Shown here: positions 10,433-19,566 of the stretch, piece by piece
Numbering within the stretch: the stretch's first letter is position 1
How the letters are laid out: every line of letters starts with the position of its first letter
Assembly: GCA_003599795.1 (NCBI GenBank)
Contig: QZJQ01000037.1
Location: 1 to 63,181, forward strand
Source: Nitrospiraceae bacterium
Lineage (GTDB): Bacteria > Nitrospirota > Thermodesulfovibrionia > Thermodesulfovibrionales > UBA1546
Length of the DNA stretch: 63,181 bases
Direction: 5' to 3'
Program-made: the position numbers and the translations under genes
The notes under the pieces: generated by a model
What the model was told of the DNA's origin: nothing
The model's database searches: none
Seen by the model: only the letters and a program-made list of their open reading frames with translations

Positions 10433-11178
10433 TGATTGTCATAAAGACTCCTGGGGAAATTGAGCGGATGGCTCATGCCTGTAAAATAGTTGCTGAGATT
10501 CTGGAAGACCTGAGGGAATTTGTGAAACCGGGCATTACAACAAAAGAGATAGAGATGTTTGCAGAAGAAAAAATAATTTCAAAGGGCGCGACCCCGGCAT
10601 TTAAGGGATACAGGGGATACCCTGCGAGCATTTGTACATCTGTAAATGACCAGGTTGTTCACGGGATTCCGTCCCGTTTGAGGATTAACGAAGGGGATGT
10701 GTTAAGTATAGACCTTGGAGTTTACAGGGATGGTTTTTATGGTGATGGGGCAGTTACCCTGCCTGTCGGCGAGGTAAGCCCGCTTGCAAAAAAACTTTTA
10801 AGGGTAACAGAAGAAGCCCTTTATAAAGGGATAGAAAAAGCGACGCCCCGCAACAGGGTGTCGGATATATCGTCTGCGATTCAGAATTATGTTGAGGCGA
10901 ACGGTTTTTCAGTGGTGAAGGCATTTGTCGGGCATGGAATCGGCATGTCGCTTCATGAAGAACCTCAGGTTCCGAATTTCGGCATCTCAGGGCAGGGACC
11001 AAGACTGAAAGAAGGCATGACCTTAGCAATTGAGCCGATGGTTAATACAGGCGGGCATGAGGTCAGCATACTTGACGATGGGTGGACGGCAGTAACTATG
11101 GACAGCGGGCTCTCGGCGCATTTTGAGCATACGATTGCCGTTACTGACGGAGACGCAAGAATCTTGACGAAAATGTAG
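10432..11178 (+). CDS. map: Methionine aminopeptidase type I
   Basis: 248 aa M24A fold. The start shares 1 nt with the secY stop (TAATG). No adk lies between them. Confidence 0.95.
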   Translation: MIVIKTPGEIERMAHACKIVAEILEDLREFVKPGITTKEIEMFAEEKIISKGATPAFKGYRGYPASICTSVNDQVVHGIPSRLRINEGDVLSIDLGVYRDGFYGDGAVTLPVGEVSPLAKKLLRVTEEALYKGIEKATPRNRVSDISSAIQNYVEANGFSVVKAFVGHGIGMSLHEEPQVPNFGISGQGPRLKEGMTLAIEPMVNTGGHEVSILDDGWTAVTMDSGLSAHFEHTIAVTDGDARILTKM

Positions 11179-11202
11179 CGTAGATGTTATACTCTTCAGC
11201 TA

Positions 11203-11421
11203 ATGCCTAAAGAGGAAAACATAGAGGTAGAGGGTACTATTGTAGAAACGCTGCCGAATGCGATGTTTAGAGTAAAGCTTGAAAACGGGCAGATAATCCT
11301 CGCATATATTTCCGGCAAGATGAGGATGCATTTTATAAAGATATTGCCTGGCGATAAGGTTACGGTGGAACTCTCGCCGTATGACCTTACAAGAGGCAGG
11401 ATAACATATAGGTTTAAATAA
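11203..11421 (+). CDS. infA: Translation initiation factor IF-1
   Basis: 72 aa, [29 protein letters not shown]. Confidence 0.96.
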   Translation: MPKEENIEVEGTIVETLPNAMFRVKLENGQIILAYISGKMRMHFIKILPGDKVTVELSPYDLTRGRITYRFK

Positions 11422-11452
11422 AAGTTAAAGGTTAGAAAGAGCAGAGGTAGAT

Positions 11453-11566
11453 ATGAAAGTTCGTTCGTCAGTAAAACCGATATGCGCTAAGTGCAAGGTT
11501 ATAAAAAGAAAAGGCGTTAGAAGAATAATATGCGAAAATCCCCGTCATAAGCAGAGGCAGGGGTAA
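11453..11566 (+). CDS. rpmJ: 50S ribosomal protein L36
   Basis: Hand-translated because it is below the ORF-track cutoff: [37 protein letters not shown]. Confidence 0.9.
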   Translation: MKVRSSVKPICAKCKVIKRKGVRRIICENPRHKQRQG

Positions 11567-11624
11567 TGAAAACAATTAAAAGTTCAGGGTGGACAAAGTT
11601 AAAAATTAAAAGGCAGGAGTTATA

Positions 11625-11999
11625 ATGGCGAGAATCGCTGGCGTTGATTTACCAAAAAATGAACGGATTGAGATAGGGCTGACAAGGATATTCGGGATAG
11701 GCAGGTCTTTGTCAAAGAAAATACTTGACGAGAATAAGGTGAATCCCAACATAAGAGTAAAGGACATCACTGACGAAGATATTGTAAAGATAAGATCCGC
11801 CATTGACAAGGAGTTTAAAGTAGAGGGCGACCTCAGGCGTGAGATTACCATGGGCATCAAAAGGCTTATGGAAATCGGCTGTTACAGGGGCGTAAGGCAT
11901 AAGACAGGGCTTCCTGTGAGGGGACAGAGAACAAAGACAAATGCCCGCACCCGCAGAGGGCCAAGGAAAACTATCATGGGCAAAAAGAAGGAGGCATAG
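11625..11999 (+). CDS. rpsM: 30S ribosomal protein S13
   Basis: [20 protein letters not shown]. Confidence 0.97.
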   Translation: MARIAGVDLPKNERIEIGLTRIFGIGRSLSKKILDENKVNPNIRVKDITDEDIVKIRSAIDKEFKVEGDLRREITMGIKRLMEIGCYRGVRHKTGLPVRGQRTKTNARTRRGPRKTIMGKKKEA

Positions 12000-12002
12000 C
12001 GG

Positions 12003-12389
12003 ATGGCTCAGCGGAAAAAGAGCGCGCGAAAAGACAGAAAACATGTAAATGTCGGAGCCGCACATATTCAGGCGACATTTAATAATACGATAGTATCCAT
12101 AACAGACCCTAACGGGAATGTTGTTGCATGGGCAAGCGCAGGCAGCCTTGGATTTAAGGGTTCCAGAAAGGGAACGCCTTATGCCGCTCAGATGGCAGGA
12201 GAATCAGCGGCTAAAAAGGCCATGGACGTAGGCATGAAACAATTGGATGTTTTTGTGAAAGGGCCGGGCGCAGGCAGAGAATCAGCTATCAGGGCATTGC
12301 AGATAGCCGGACTTGAGGTCAACCTTATAAAGGACGTTACTCCTGTTCCTCATAATGGATGTAAGCCTCCAAAAAGAAGGAGAGTTTAA
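12003..12389 (+). CDS. rpsK: 30S ribosomal protein S11
   Basis: 128 aa, ...[19 protein letters not shown]... Confidence 0.97.
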   Translation: MAQRKKSARKDRKHVNVGAAHIQATFNNTIVSITDPNGNVVAWASAGSLGFKGSRKGTPYAAQMAGESAAKKAMDVGMKQLDVFVKGPGAGRESAIRALQIAGLEVNLIKDVTPVPHNGCKPPKRRRV

Positions 12390-12391
12390 AA

Positions 12392-13018
12392 GTGGCAAGA
12401 TATACAGGGCCTTTATGCAGAGTGTGCCGTAGAGAAGGTGACAAGCTGTTTCTAAAAGGAGACAGGTGCTTCACCGAGAAATGTTCGGTGGAGAGGAGGA
12501 AATATCCGCCGGGCCAGCACGGACAGAGACGCACGAAAATCTCGGATTACGGTATCCAGCTCAGGGAAAAACAGAAGACGAGAAAAAGTTACGGGCTTTT
12601 TGAGAAGCAGTTTAGAATATGTTTTCATGAGGCAGAAAGAAGAAAAGGCGCAACAGGGGAATTACTGCTCCAGCTTCTTGAGCGCCGCATGGACAGCGCG
12701 GTGTTCAGAATGGGTTTTGCGATAAACAGGAGAGAGGCGAGACAACTGATAACGCACGGGCATTTTACCGTGAATGGCAGGGCAGTCAGCATACCTTCGT
12801 ATCTTGTTAAGGCTGGAGATGTAATCGAGGTTAAGGAGAAGAGCAGAAAAATTCCGGCTCTTGCTGATAACATGACAAGGCTTGAGAACAGGGGAATTCC
12901 TGCATGGGTTGAAGTTGACAGCGCAAGCTTCAAAGGGAAGGTGCTGCATATTCCGTCAAGGGAAGAGATGCAGTTGCCTGTTCAGGAACAATTAATAGTT
13001 GAACTTTATTCAAAGTAA
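12392..13018 (+). CDS. rpsD: 30S ribosomal protein S4
   Basis: GTG start; MARYTGPLCRVCRREG. Confidence 0.97.
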   Translation: MARYTGPLCRVCRREGDKLFLKGDRCFTEKCSVERRKYPPGQHGQRRTKISDYGIQLREKQKTRKSYGLFEKQFRICFHEAERRKGATGELLLQLLERRMDSAVFRMGFAINRREARQLITHGHFTVNGRAVSIPSYLVKAGDVIEVKEKSRKIPALADNMTRLENRGIPAWVEVDSASFKGKVLHIPSREEMQLPVQEQLIVELYSK

Positions 13019-13054
13019 ATTTTTAAAAAATAAAAGAGGCGTGGGAGGCCTTAT

Positions 13055-14092
13055 ATGGATTTAAAGAAAAAAGGCTTTCAGTTACCTGACAACAGCCAGT
13101 TTGACGAAGAGACCTTAACGAGCACCTACGGCAGGCTCGTGGCGGAGCCGTTAGAGCGCGGTTTCGGGACAACACTCGGGAACTCCATAAGGAGAGTTCT
13201 ATTGTCGTCTCTGGAAGGCGCGGCAGTAACAGCAGTAAAAATAACAGGCGCTGTTCATGAGCTTTCATCCATCACCAGCGTCAAAGAAGATGTGGTGGAC
13301 ATCATCCTGAACATAAAAAAGCTCAGGGTCAAGATGCATACTGACGGAAAGCGGATAGCCACAATAAAAGTTAAGGGCCCCGGTGAAGTTAAAGGCTATG
13401 ACATTCAGGTTGATTCAAGCGTTGAGATACTTAATCCGGAACAGCTTATAGCCACCCTTGACAAGGGGGCTGTCTTTGAGGCTGAGATGTACATTAAGAA
13501 GGGCAGGGGATATGTGTCAGCCGAACTCAACAAGGAAGAAGAACTGCCTGTTGGCATGATTGCTGTAGACTCTGTTTTCAGCCCGGTCAGAAAAGTGAAT
13601 TTCTGGGTTGAGAAGGCAAGAGTCGGAAGGGCAACAGACTACGACAGGCTTGTGATGGAAATATGGACGGACGGAAGCGTAACGCCGAAAAAAGCAGTCT
13701 CTCAGGCTGCGGCAATAGTTACGGACCATATGCGCATCTTCATGCTTGAGCAGGATGAGGAAAACGCAGAATTTGAAATGAGCAGTTCCGAGGGGCTCGG
13801 AGGAGATGCGCCGGTGTTTAATCCTAATCTTCTCAAGAGCGTTAATGAACTGGAGCTTTCCGTAAGAGCCTATAACTGCATGAGAAATGCAGACATCAGG
13901 ATTATTGCAGACCTTGTTGAAAGAACAGAGTCAGAGATGCTGAAGACAAAAAATTTCGGTAGGAAGTCTCTTAATGAAATCAAAGAAATGCTTCAGAATA
14001 TGGGGCTTAATTTCGGCATGAAGATTGACAGAGAAATGGTAAATAAAATGGCAACTTCACAGGTCAGGAGCGTAGGACAAGATGCGTCATAA
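13055..14092 (+). CDS. rpoA: DNA-directed RNA polymerase subunit alpha
   Basis: 345 aa, ...EPLERGFGTTLGNSIRRVLLSS...; C-terminal HhH domain. Confidence 0.97.
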   Translation: MDLKKKGFQLPDNSQFDEETLTSTYGRLVAEPLERGFGTTLGNSIRRVLLSSLEGAAVTAVKITGAVHELSSITSVKEDVVDIILNIKKLRVKMHTDGKRIATIKVKGPGEVKGYDIQVDSSVEILNPEQLIATLDKGAVFEAEMYIKKGRGYVSAELNKEEELPVGMIAVDSVFSPVRKVNFWVEKARVGRATDYDRLVMEIWTDGSVTPKKAVSQAAAIVTDHMRIFMLEQDEENAEFEMSSSEGLGGDAPVFNPNLLKSVNELELSVRAYNCMRNADIRIIADLVERTESEMLKTKNFGRKSLNEIKEMLQNMGLNFGMKIDREMVNKMATSQVRSVGQDAS

Positions 14093-14504
14093 ATCAAGCG
14101 GAAGATTATTCGGAAGAACGGCAAACCAGAGGAAGGCGCTTCTGAAAGGAATCGTTTCTTCGTTGTTAGAGTATCAGAGGATAGAGACAACACTTGCAAA
14201 GGCGAAAGCCGCGAAAGCGATTGCCGAGAGAATTGTCACCATGGGGATAAAAGGCGACCTCCATTCAAAACGCCTTGTGCTTTCATATGTTCCGAACAGG
14301 GCTGTTGTGGCAAAGCTGTTCAGCGAGATAGCGCCGAGGTTTAGCAACAGAAACGGCGGTTATCTGAGGCTGGTGCAGACAAGGAACAGGGTTAAAGACG
14401 GAGCACCTATGGCTGTTCTTGAGTTCATAGACTACGAGAGCATAAAGAAGCCTAAAGAGGAAAAGAAGGCAAAGGCAGAGAAGAAAACCGAAGAGAAGAA
14501 GTAA
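14082..14504 (+). CDS. rplQ: 50S ribosomal protein L17
   Basis: MRHKSSGRLFGRT...; overlaps rpoA by 11 nt. Confidence 0.95.
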   Translation: MRHKSSGRLFGRTANQRKALLKGIVSSLLEYQRIETTLAKAKAAKAIAERIVTMGIKGDLHSKRLVLSYVPNRAVVAKLFSEIAPRFSNRNGGYLRLVQTRNRVKDGAPMAVLEFIDYESIKKPKEEKKAKAEKKTEEKK

Positions 14505-14530
14505 TTTTCAGTTTTAAATAAAATTAATTG

Positions 14531-14561
14531 AAAGCCCCGCCTTAAGAGCGGGGCTTTTTTG
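14531..14561. terminator. Bidirectional intrinsic terminator between rplQ and the convergent lipoprotein gene
   Basis: AAAGCCCCGC-cttaaga-GCGGGGCTTTTTT: a perfect GC stem with flanking A and T tracts. Confidence 0.8.
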
Positions 14562-14894
14562 TTACCGGCATACCTCATCGTAAAGCAATTGGTCTCCTGA
14601 ATTACTCAGGACATCAAACCATTTGTCAGGGTCAGCGCCGTGCCCCTCAAGAATGCGCATCTTTTTGTTCTTGCAGTCTATATCGTAAAGATACCTTGAA
14701 CCGTTGGAACTCGCCCAAGCTTTGAGTGTGCCCGCAGGTGTGCGCTCCACGCTCTTTGTGTCGTAAGAGAACCTGTTGTGATAGGCGTCTTCCTGAAGCA
14801 CCTTCCAATCCGTCTTATCCGAAGTTGCACAGCCGGACAAAAAAGCAGCGAGACAGACAATCGCCGGAGTTATAAATGATAAATAGGTTTTCAT
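14562..14894 (-). CDS. Small lipoprotein, unknown function
   Basis: Signal peptide with lipobox LSGC (MKTYLSFITPAIVCLAAFLSGC). Confidence 0.6.
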   Translation of the reverse strand: MKTYLSFITPAIVCLAAFLSGCATSDKTDWKVLQEDAYHNRFSYDTKSVERTPAGTLKAWASSNGSRYLYDIDCKNKKMRILEGHGADPDKWFDVLSNSGDQLLYDEVCR

Positions 14895-15034
14895 TTTTCA
14901 AGCTCCTTGTTGTCAGGAAATACAGGAAGTGTCCCCAGTATTCCGTGATTTAAATCACTATACCACAAAAAGGCTAAAAGCAAAAGGCAGGGGAAAGGCC
15001 AGTACAGAGCAAGGCTTTTAAACAAGCGGCGAAA

Positions 15035-15823
15035 CTACTTTTTTGCCTTTATCGCCTCGGGCTTAACCTTAAGGCTCTCTTCTATCATGAGGAGATATTT
15101 GAGGTAGTTAAACCCGAACTTCATGAGGGCAACTTCGTCGTTGCGCATTTTTTCTACTTCTTTTTTATCTATATCAAAAACATCAAGAAATCTGCTTTCA
15201 AAGACAAACCGCCTGAATGCATGAATGTCATAGCTTGCAATATAAAACTGAGACTGTTTTTGAGGGTCAAGTGGCTCTTTGCCGGGAAGGTCTCTTCTCA
15301 TAAGAATGCTCTTCCATTCCCTGTTCATCTCATCGTAAAGATTTACCTCCTGATCAGCCCTCCACGACGCTATGGTCCACGGTGTATCTTCTTTGTAGCC
15401 GAGGCAATGCTCTTCCCTGACAAAGAAGTAAAACTCCTCATGCACTATCTCGTCGTCTTTTTGTTTTTTGAGTGTTGCCTGGCCAATAGGATAGTATCTG
15501 CAGCTTGCAGGCCGGTCAGTATATATCTCACAGCCGCCGGGGAAGGTTACAAACGGACAGCTTTGTTTTTCATCTTTTGACATTTTAAGATAGAGATAAG
15601 GGTGCGAAGACTTCTCGTCAATCTTTGAAAATGTATATTTTCCAAGAAACTCCTCTGATGACATTTTGAGCCTGTTTTTCAGGCGCAGAATATCGTATGG
15701 GGTGAGCATTATGTTAATGTTGCTGCAGCATGCCGTGAAGCACTTTATGCCCTTATGACATCTGAATTTGAATTTTGTTTCAGGGTCAAGCCTTGTAGGC
15801 TCTACGGCTTTCATATTAAACAT
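15035..15823 (-). CDS. YkgJ-family (UPF0153) cysteine-cluster protein
   Basis: N-terminal CHKGIKCFTACC cysteine motif typical of the YkgJ zinc/iron-chelating domain. Confidence 0.6.
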   Translation of the reverse strand: MFNMKAVEPTRLDPETKFKFRCHKGIKCFTACCSNINIMLTPYDILRLKNRLKMSSEEFLGKYTFSKIDEKSSHPYLYLKMSKDEKQSCPFVTFPGGCEIYTDRPASCRYYPIGQATLKKQKDDEIVHEEFYFFVREEHCLGYKEDTPWTIASWRADQEVNLYDEMNREWKSILMRRDLPGKEPLDPQKQSQFYIASYDIHAFRRFVFESRFLDVFDIDKKEVEKMRNDEVALMKFGFNYLKYLLMIEESLKVKPEAIKAKK

Positions 15824-15886
15824 AGTGTGAGGCCTTTCTTGATTTATGGGATTTTATATTTTAACATAATTTTGCTTCTGACAGCA

Positions 15887-15895
15887 TGATATAAT
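15887..15895 (+). promoter_or_regulatory. Candidate extended -10 promoter (TGaTATAAT) for the PPC/nitroreductase genes
   Basis: TGATATAAT lies ~55 nt upstream of the GTG start at 15950. The -35 element is weak. Confidence 0.3.
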
Positions 15896-15949
15896 AGCCC
15901 TTAAAGAACCTTAAAAGGAGAAATAGAAGGAGAGGGGGACGAAAGGACT

Positions 15950-16384
15950 GTGAAATATCAGGTCGGCAGGACAGGAAGGGTTGTGGTTGCGCGGTTTGAA
16001 GATAAAGAGGATGTGCTTTCCAATCTCACCGGCATAGCAAAGAAGGAAAACATAAAGGCAGCTGTTGTGTATCTTGTTGGAGGGATGCGCGAAGGGAAAA
16101 TTGTTGTGGGCCCGGAAAAAGATGTCATGCCTCCTGTTCCAATGTGGAGGGAACTCGGAGAAAGCCATGAGATTGTAGGCGTGGGCACAATATTTTATCA
16201 AGGTGATGAGCCCAAGGTGCATCTTCACGGCGCATTCGGGAAGAGGGACAGTGTCAAGGTTGGATGCCTGAGAGAAAAATCCGAGACATTTCTTGTGCTG
16301 GAGGCGGTTATTGTGGAGATAGAAGGGGTGAATGCTGTCAGGGAGCTTGATCCTGCATCGGGACTTGCGCTGTTAAAGCTTTAA
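15950..16384 (+). CDS. PPC-domain (DUF296) protein
   Basis: 144 aa. The pattern GRVVVARFEDKEDVLSNL..VYLVGGMREGKIVVGPE resembles PCC/DUF296 proteins. Confidence 0.55.
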   Translation: MKYQVGRTGRVVVARFEDKEDVLSNLTGIAKKENIKAAVVYLVGGMREGKIVVGPEKDVMPPVPMWRELGESHEIVGVGTIFYQGDEPKVHLHGAFGKRDSVKVGCLREKSETFLVLEAVIVEIEGVNAVRELDPASGLALLKL

Positions 16385-16394
16385 GAGGTGACGC

Positions 16395-16907
16395 ATGAAT
16401 ATTCTGGAGGCAGTTAAGAACAGAAGAAGTATCCGCAATTTTCAAAAGAAAGATATACCTGAAGACTTAATTGATAAGCTTACGGAATCATTAATATGGG
16501 CGCCGAGCGCCGGGAACCTTCAATCAAGAAAATTCTACTTTATCAGGGATGAGGCAGTAAAAATAAAGATAGCGGAGGCTGCTTTGAATCAGGGGTTTAT
16601 TGCACAGGCTCCGCTGGTTATAGTGGGCTGCACTGACAGTCATGTTGCAGGCAAATACGGAGAGAGGGGAGTTACTCTTTATTCTATTCAGGATGTTGCA
16701 TGCAGTATTATGGCTATGATGCTTGTTGCCTTTGACAATAAACTCGGGACATGCTGGGTTGGCGCATTTCGTGAAAATGAACTAACAAGGATTCTTAATC
16801 TCCCGATGAACTTAAAGCCTGTTGTAATAATTCCTGTTGGTTATCCTTCAAAAAATCCCTCTCCTCCTCAAAGGGTATCAAGGGAAGAAGCGGTTGAGTT
16901 TATATAG
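16395..16907 (+). CDS. Nitroreductase family protein
   Basis: [12 protein letters not shown]-terminal signature; 170 aa. Confidence 0.8.
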   Translation: MNILEAVKNRRSIRNFQKKDIPEDLIDKLTESLIWAPSAGNLQSRKFYFIRDEAVKIKIAEAALNQGFIAQAPLVIVGCTDSHVAGKYGERGVTLYSIQDVACSIMAMMLVAFDNKLGTCWVGAFRENELTRILNLPMNLKPVVIIPVGYPSKNPSPPQRVSREEAVEFI

Positions 16908-16954
16908 GTAAAACTGATAAAATAACTCTCAGCTTAAAGCTGAAGGGAGGATAT

Positions 16955-17383
16955 TTGAAGGTTTTAGTCATACACGGGCCTAATCTTAATATGCTCGGGA
17001 AAAGAGAGCCTGAAATTTACGGGACTTTTTCCCTTGATGACGTGAACAATAAATTAACAGCCCTGGCCTCTGAGCTTGGCATAAAGCTTACTATAATGCA
17101 GTCAAACAGCGAGGCTGAAATGATAGACGCCATTCAGAAGAGAGATTACGATGCGCTTATAATAAATCCGGCTGCATACACGCATACGAGCATTGCGATA
17201 AGGGATGCCATATCAGCAGTGGGCAAACCTGCTGTTGAGGTGCATATATCTAATATTCATAAACGTGAAGAATTCAGAAGAAAATCCTATATTGCTGAGG
17301 TCGCAACAGGCCAGATAAGCGGTTTTGGCGGAGACAGCTATCTTCTGGCCCTCCGGGCCGTAAAAACCATTCTTTCCAACTAA
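16955..17383 (+). CDS. aroQ: 3-dehydroquinate dehydratase, type II
   Basis: TTG start; [23 protein letters not shown]...[12 protein letters not shown]. Confidence 0.93.
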   Translation: MKVLVIHGPNLNMLGKREPEIYGTFSLDDVNNKLTALASELGIKLTIMQSNSEAEMIDAIQKRDYDALIINPAAYTHTSIAIRDAISAVGKPAVEVHISNIHKREEFRRKSYIAEVATGQISGFGGDSYLLALRAVKTILSN

Positions 17384-17388
17384 GCTTG

Positions 17389-18444
17389 ATGAACTCACGG
17401 CTTGCCGGCATAAGAACGTCCTTTAAAGGCATTGACGGGTTTCTTGTAACTGATATAAATAATGTCAGATATTTTACTGGATTCAGCGGCTCTTCAGGAT
17501 TTCTGCTGATAACGAGGACAGCCAATTTTTTTGTTACTGACTTCAGGTATAAAGAGCAGGCCGGGTGCGAGGTAAAGGGATGGGATATTGTTATTGAGAA
17601 AGAAAAAAGAGCCAAAACCGTGTCTGCGCTTGCAAAAAAACTCGGCATAAAAAAGGTCGGGTTTGAATCATCTGTTTCTTACGGATTTTTTGATGCGCTT
17701 TCAAAAAAAGGCATTGTGCTCAAACCCTTTAAGGATTTTATTGAAAGGCTCAGGGCGGTAAAAGAAGAAAGGGAAAAGGCACTGATTAAAGAGGCCGTAA
17801 GACGCGCTGAATCAGCATTCCTTGCAGTGAAGCCTTATATCAGAACAGGCGCAAAAGAGAAAAGGCTGGCAGTGATGCTTGAGGAGAATCTCAAAAGAGA
17901 GGGATGTAAATGTGTCCCATTTGATATAATAATTGCTTCCGGCAGGAATTCGTCAATGCCTCATGCAAGGCCGTCAGAGAAAAAGCTGGAGGCAGGAGAC
18001 CTTGTTGTTATAGACTGGGGAGGAGAGGCCGGAGGTTATTTTTCCGATATGACGCGGACCCTGCTTATCAGAGGCTCTGATACCTGGGAAAAAAGAAAAA
18101 TATACAAGACAGTGCTGGAAGCAAACAGAAAGGCTGTGTCCGCAATATCAGCCGGCATAGACAGCAGGGAGATTGACAATTCTGCGCGGGATGTTATAAA
18201 ACAGGCAGGATATGCCGGATGTTTCGGGCATGGCACAGGGCATGGCGTCGGGCTTCAGGTTCATGAATCACCGTATATAACCTGGAACAGGAAAGAGACT
18301 ATTAAGGAAAACATGGTATTTACAGTAGAGCCCGGAATTTATGTCCCCGGGACAGGCGGAGTAAGGATAGAGGATATGGTGCTTGTGAGGCCGAAAGGTG
18401 CTGAAGTGCTGACAAAACTGCCGAGGGAATTGGAGGTTATTTAA
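17389..18444 (+). CDS. Xaa-Pro aminopeptidase (M24B)
   Basis: HGTGHGVGLQVHE and VEPGIY motifs. ATG 17389 lies one codon after TTG 17386. Confidence 0.88.
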   Translation: MNSRLAGIRTSFKGIDGFLVTDINNVRYFTGFSGSSGFLLITRTANFFVTDFRYKEQAGCEVKGWDIVIEKEKRAKTVSALAKKLGIKKVGFESSVSYGFFDALSKKGIVLKPFKDFIERLRAVKEEREKALIKEAVRRAESAFLAVKPYIRTGAKEKRLAVMLEENLKREGCKCVPFDIIIASGRNSSMPHARPSEKKLEAGDLVVIDWGGEAGGYFSDMTRTLLIRGSDTWEKRKIYKTVLEANRKAVSAISAGIDSREIDNSARDVIKQAGYAGCFGHGTGHGVGLQVHESPYITWNRKETIKENMVFTVEPGIYVPGTGGVRIEDMVLVRPKGAEVLTKLPRELEVI

Positions 18445-18445
18445 A

Positions 18446-19009
18446 TTGATTTCTACAAGTGATTTCAGAAAAGGCCTTAAGGTTGAATTTAAAGGCGAGC
18501 CATGCGAAATAGTGGAATTTCAGCATGTTAAGATGGGAAGGGGCGGCGCTATTGTCAGAACAAAAATGAGGAATATTAAAACCGGCGCAGTTCTTGAAGA
18601 AACGTTCAGGTCAGGCGAGAAACTTGAAACCCCGGGGCTTGAGGAAAAGAGCATGCAGTACCTGTATGCTCAGGGTGACCTGTGCTATTTTATGGACTCG
18701 GAAACCTATGAGCAGATTCCGCTTACCCGTGAACAGCTTGGCGAAGCAATTAACTTTCTTAAAGAAAATAACACAGTAAAAATCCTGTATCATAAAGGCA
18801 TGCCAATAAGCGTGGAGATTCCGACATTCGTTGAACTCAAAGTTGCAAAGACAGACCCTGCGGGATTTAAAGGCGATACAGCTTCCGGAGGCGGGAAGCC
18901 CGCAACCTTGGAAACAGGGGCCGTGGTCAGGGTGCCCTTTCATATAAATGAGGGAGATACGATAAGAGTTGATACAAGGACATCCGTATATATAGAAAGA
19001 GTAAAGTAG
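18446..19009 (+). CDS. efp: Elongation factor P (Arg at loop-tip position 32)
   Basis: TTG start; MISTSDFRKGLKVEFKGEPCEIVEFQHVKMGRGGAIVRTK. Confidence 0.95.
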   Translation: MISTSDFRKGLKVEFKGEPCEIVEFQHVKMGRGGAIVRTKMRNIKTGAVLEETFRSGEKLETPGLEEKSMQYLYAQGDLCYFMDSETYEQIPLTREQLGEAINFLKENNTVKILYHKGMPISVEIPTFVELKVAKTDPAGFKGDTASGGGKPATLETGAVVRVPFHINEGDTIRVDTRTSVYIERVK

Positions 19010-19110
19010 TGACAGTGTCAGAGTATCAAAGTATCATTCGCCTCAGGCGAACCCGCCGAGGCGGGGAGCAACTTTGACCCTATGACACTTTGACTCTTTG
19101 ACACTTTAAC
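19009..19110. repeat. Composite element: 23-nt inverted word arms flanking two GC mini-hairpins
   Basis: Arm 19014-19036 (AGTGTCAGAGTATCAAAGTATCA) matches the reverse complement of 19083-19105 at 19 of 23 positions. The centre holds TTCGCC-TCA-GGCGAA and CCCGC-CGAG-GCGGG. Confidence 0.85.
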
Positions 19111-19124
19111 GTGGGGGGGGTAAA

Positions 19125-19553
19125 ATGGAACTTGATGATTTAAAAGGGCTTATAGAACTGCTTAAGGACACGGACATCACAGAGCTCCAGATAGAGAAAG
19201 ACGGCAATAAGGTTAAGATACGGAGAGAGAAACGGCTGTCTTCCATTGAACTGACAAGGCCTGTGGTTGCGCATGAAAAACCGGCAGTTGAACCTGCTGA
19301 GGATACTCAAAGGCTTATTACGGTGACTTCGCCAATAGTAGGGACCTTCTACAGGTCGTCATCCCCGGAGACAGAACCATTCGTGCAAACGGGCGCAAGG
19401 GTAAAAAAGGGGCAGGTATTGTGCATTGTAGAGGCGATGAAACTTATGAACGAGATAGAATCTGAGGTGGAAGGCGTTATCGTGAGAATTCTTGTTGAAA
19501 ACGGGCATTCTGTGGAATACGGAGAACCGCTTTTCCTGATAGAGCCGGTTTAA
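19125..19553 (+). CDS. accB: Acetyl-CoA carboxylase biotin carboxyl carrier protein
   Basis: C-terminal biotinyl motif [13 protein letters not shown]. Confidence 0.93.
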   Translation: MELDDLKGLIELLKDTDITELQIEKDGNKVKIRREKRLSSIELTRPVVAHEKPAVEPAEDTQRLITVTSPIVGTFYRSSSPETEPFVQTGARVKKGQVLCIVEAMKLMNEIESEVEGVIVRILVENGHSVEYGEPLFLIEPV

Positions 19554-19566
19554 AGAGTTAAAAGAC

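Noticed and set aside
544-14199. Dozens of 60-170 aa ORFs antisense to or out of frame with the ribosomal protein, secY and rpoA genes (e.g. 544-774, 887-1183, 3627-3998, 6723-7190, 9394-9732).
   Set aside because: All lie fully inside strongly supported genes. They have no RBS or family resemblance and show low-complexity translations typical of shadow ORFs.
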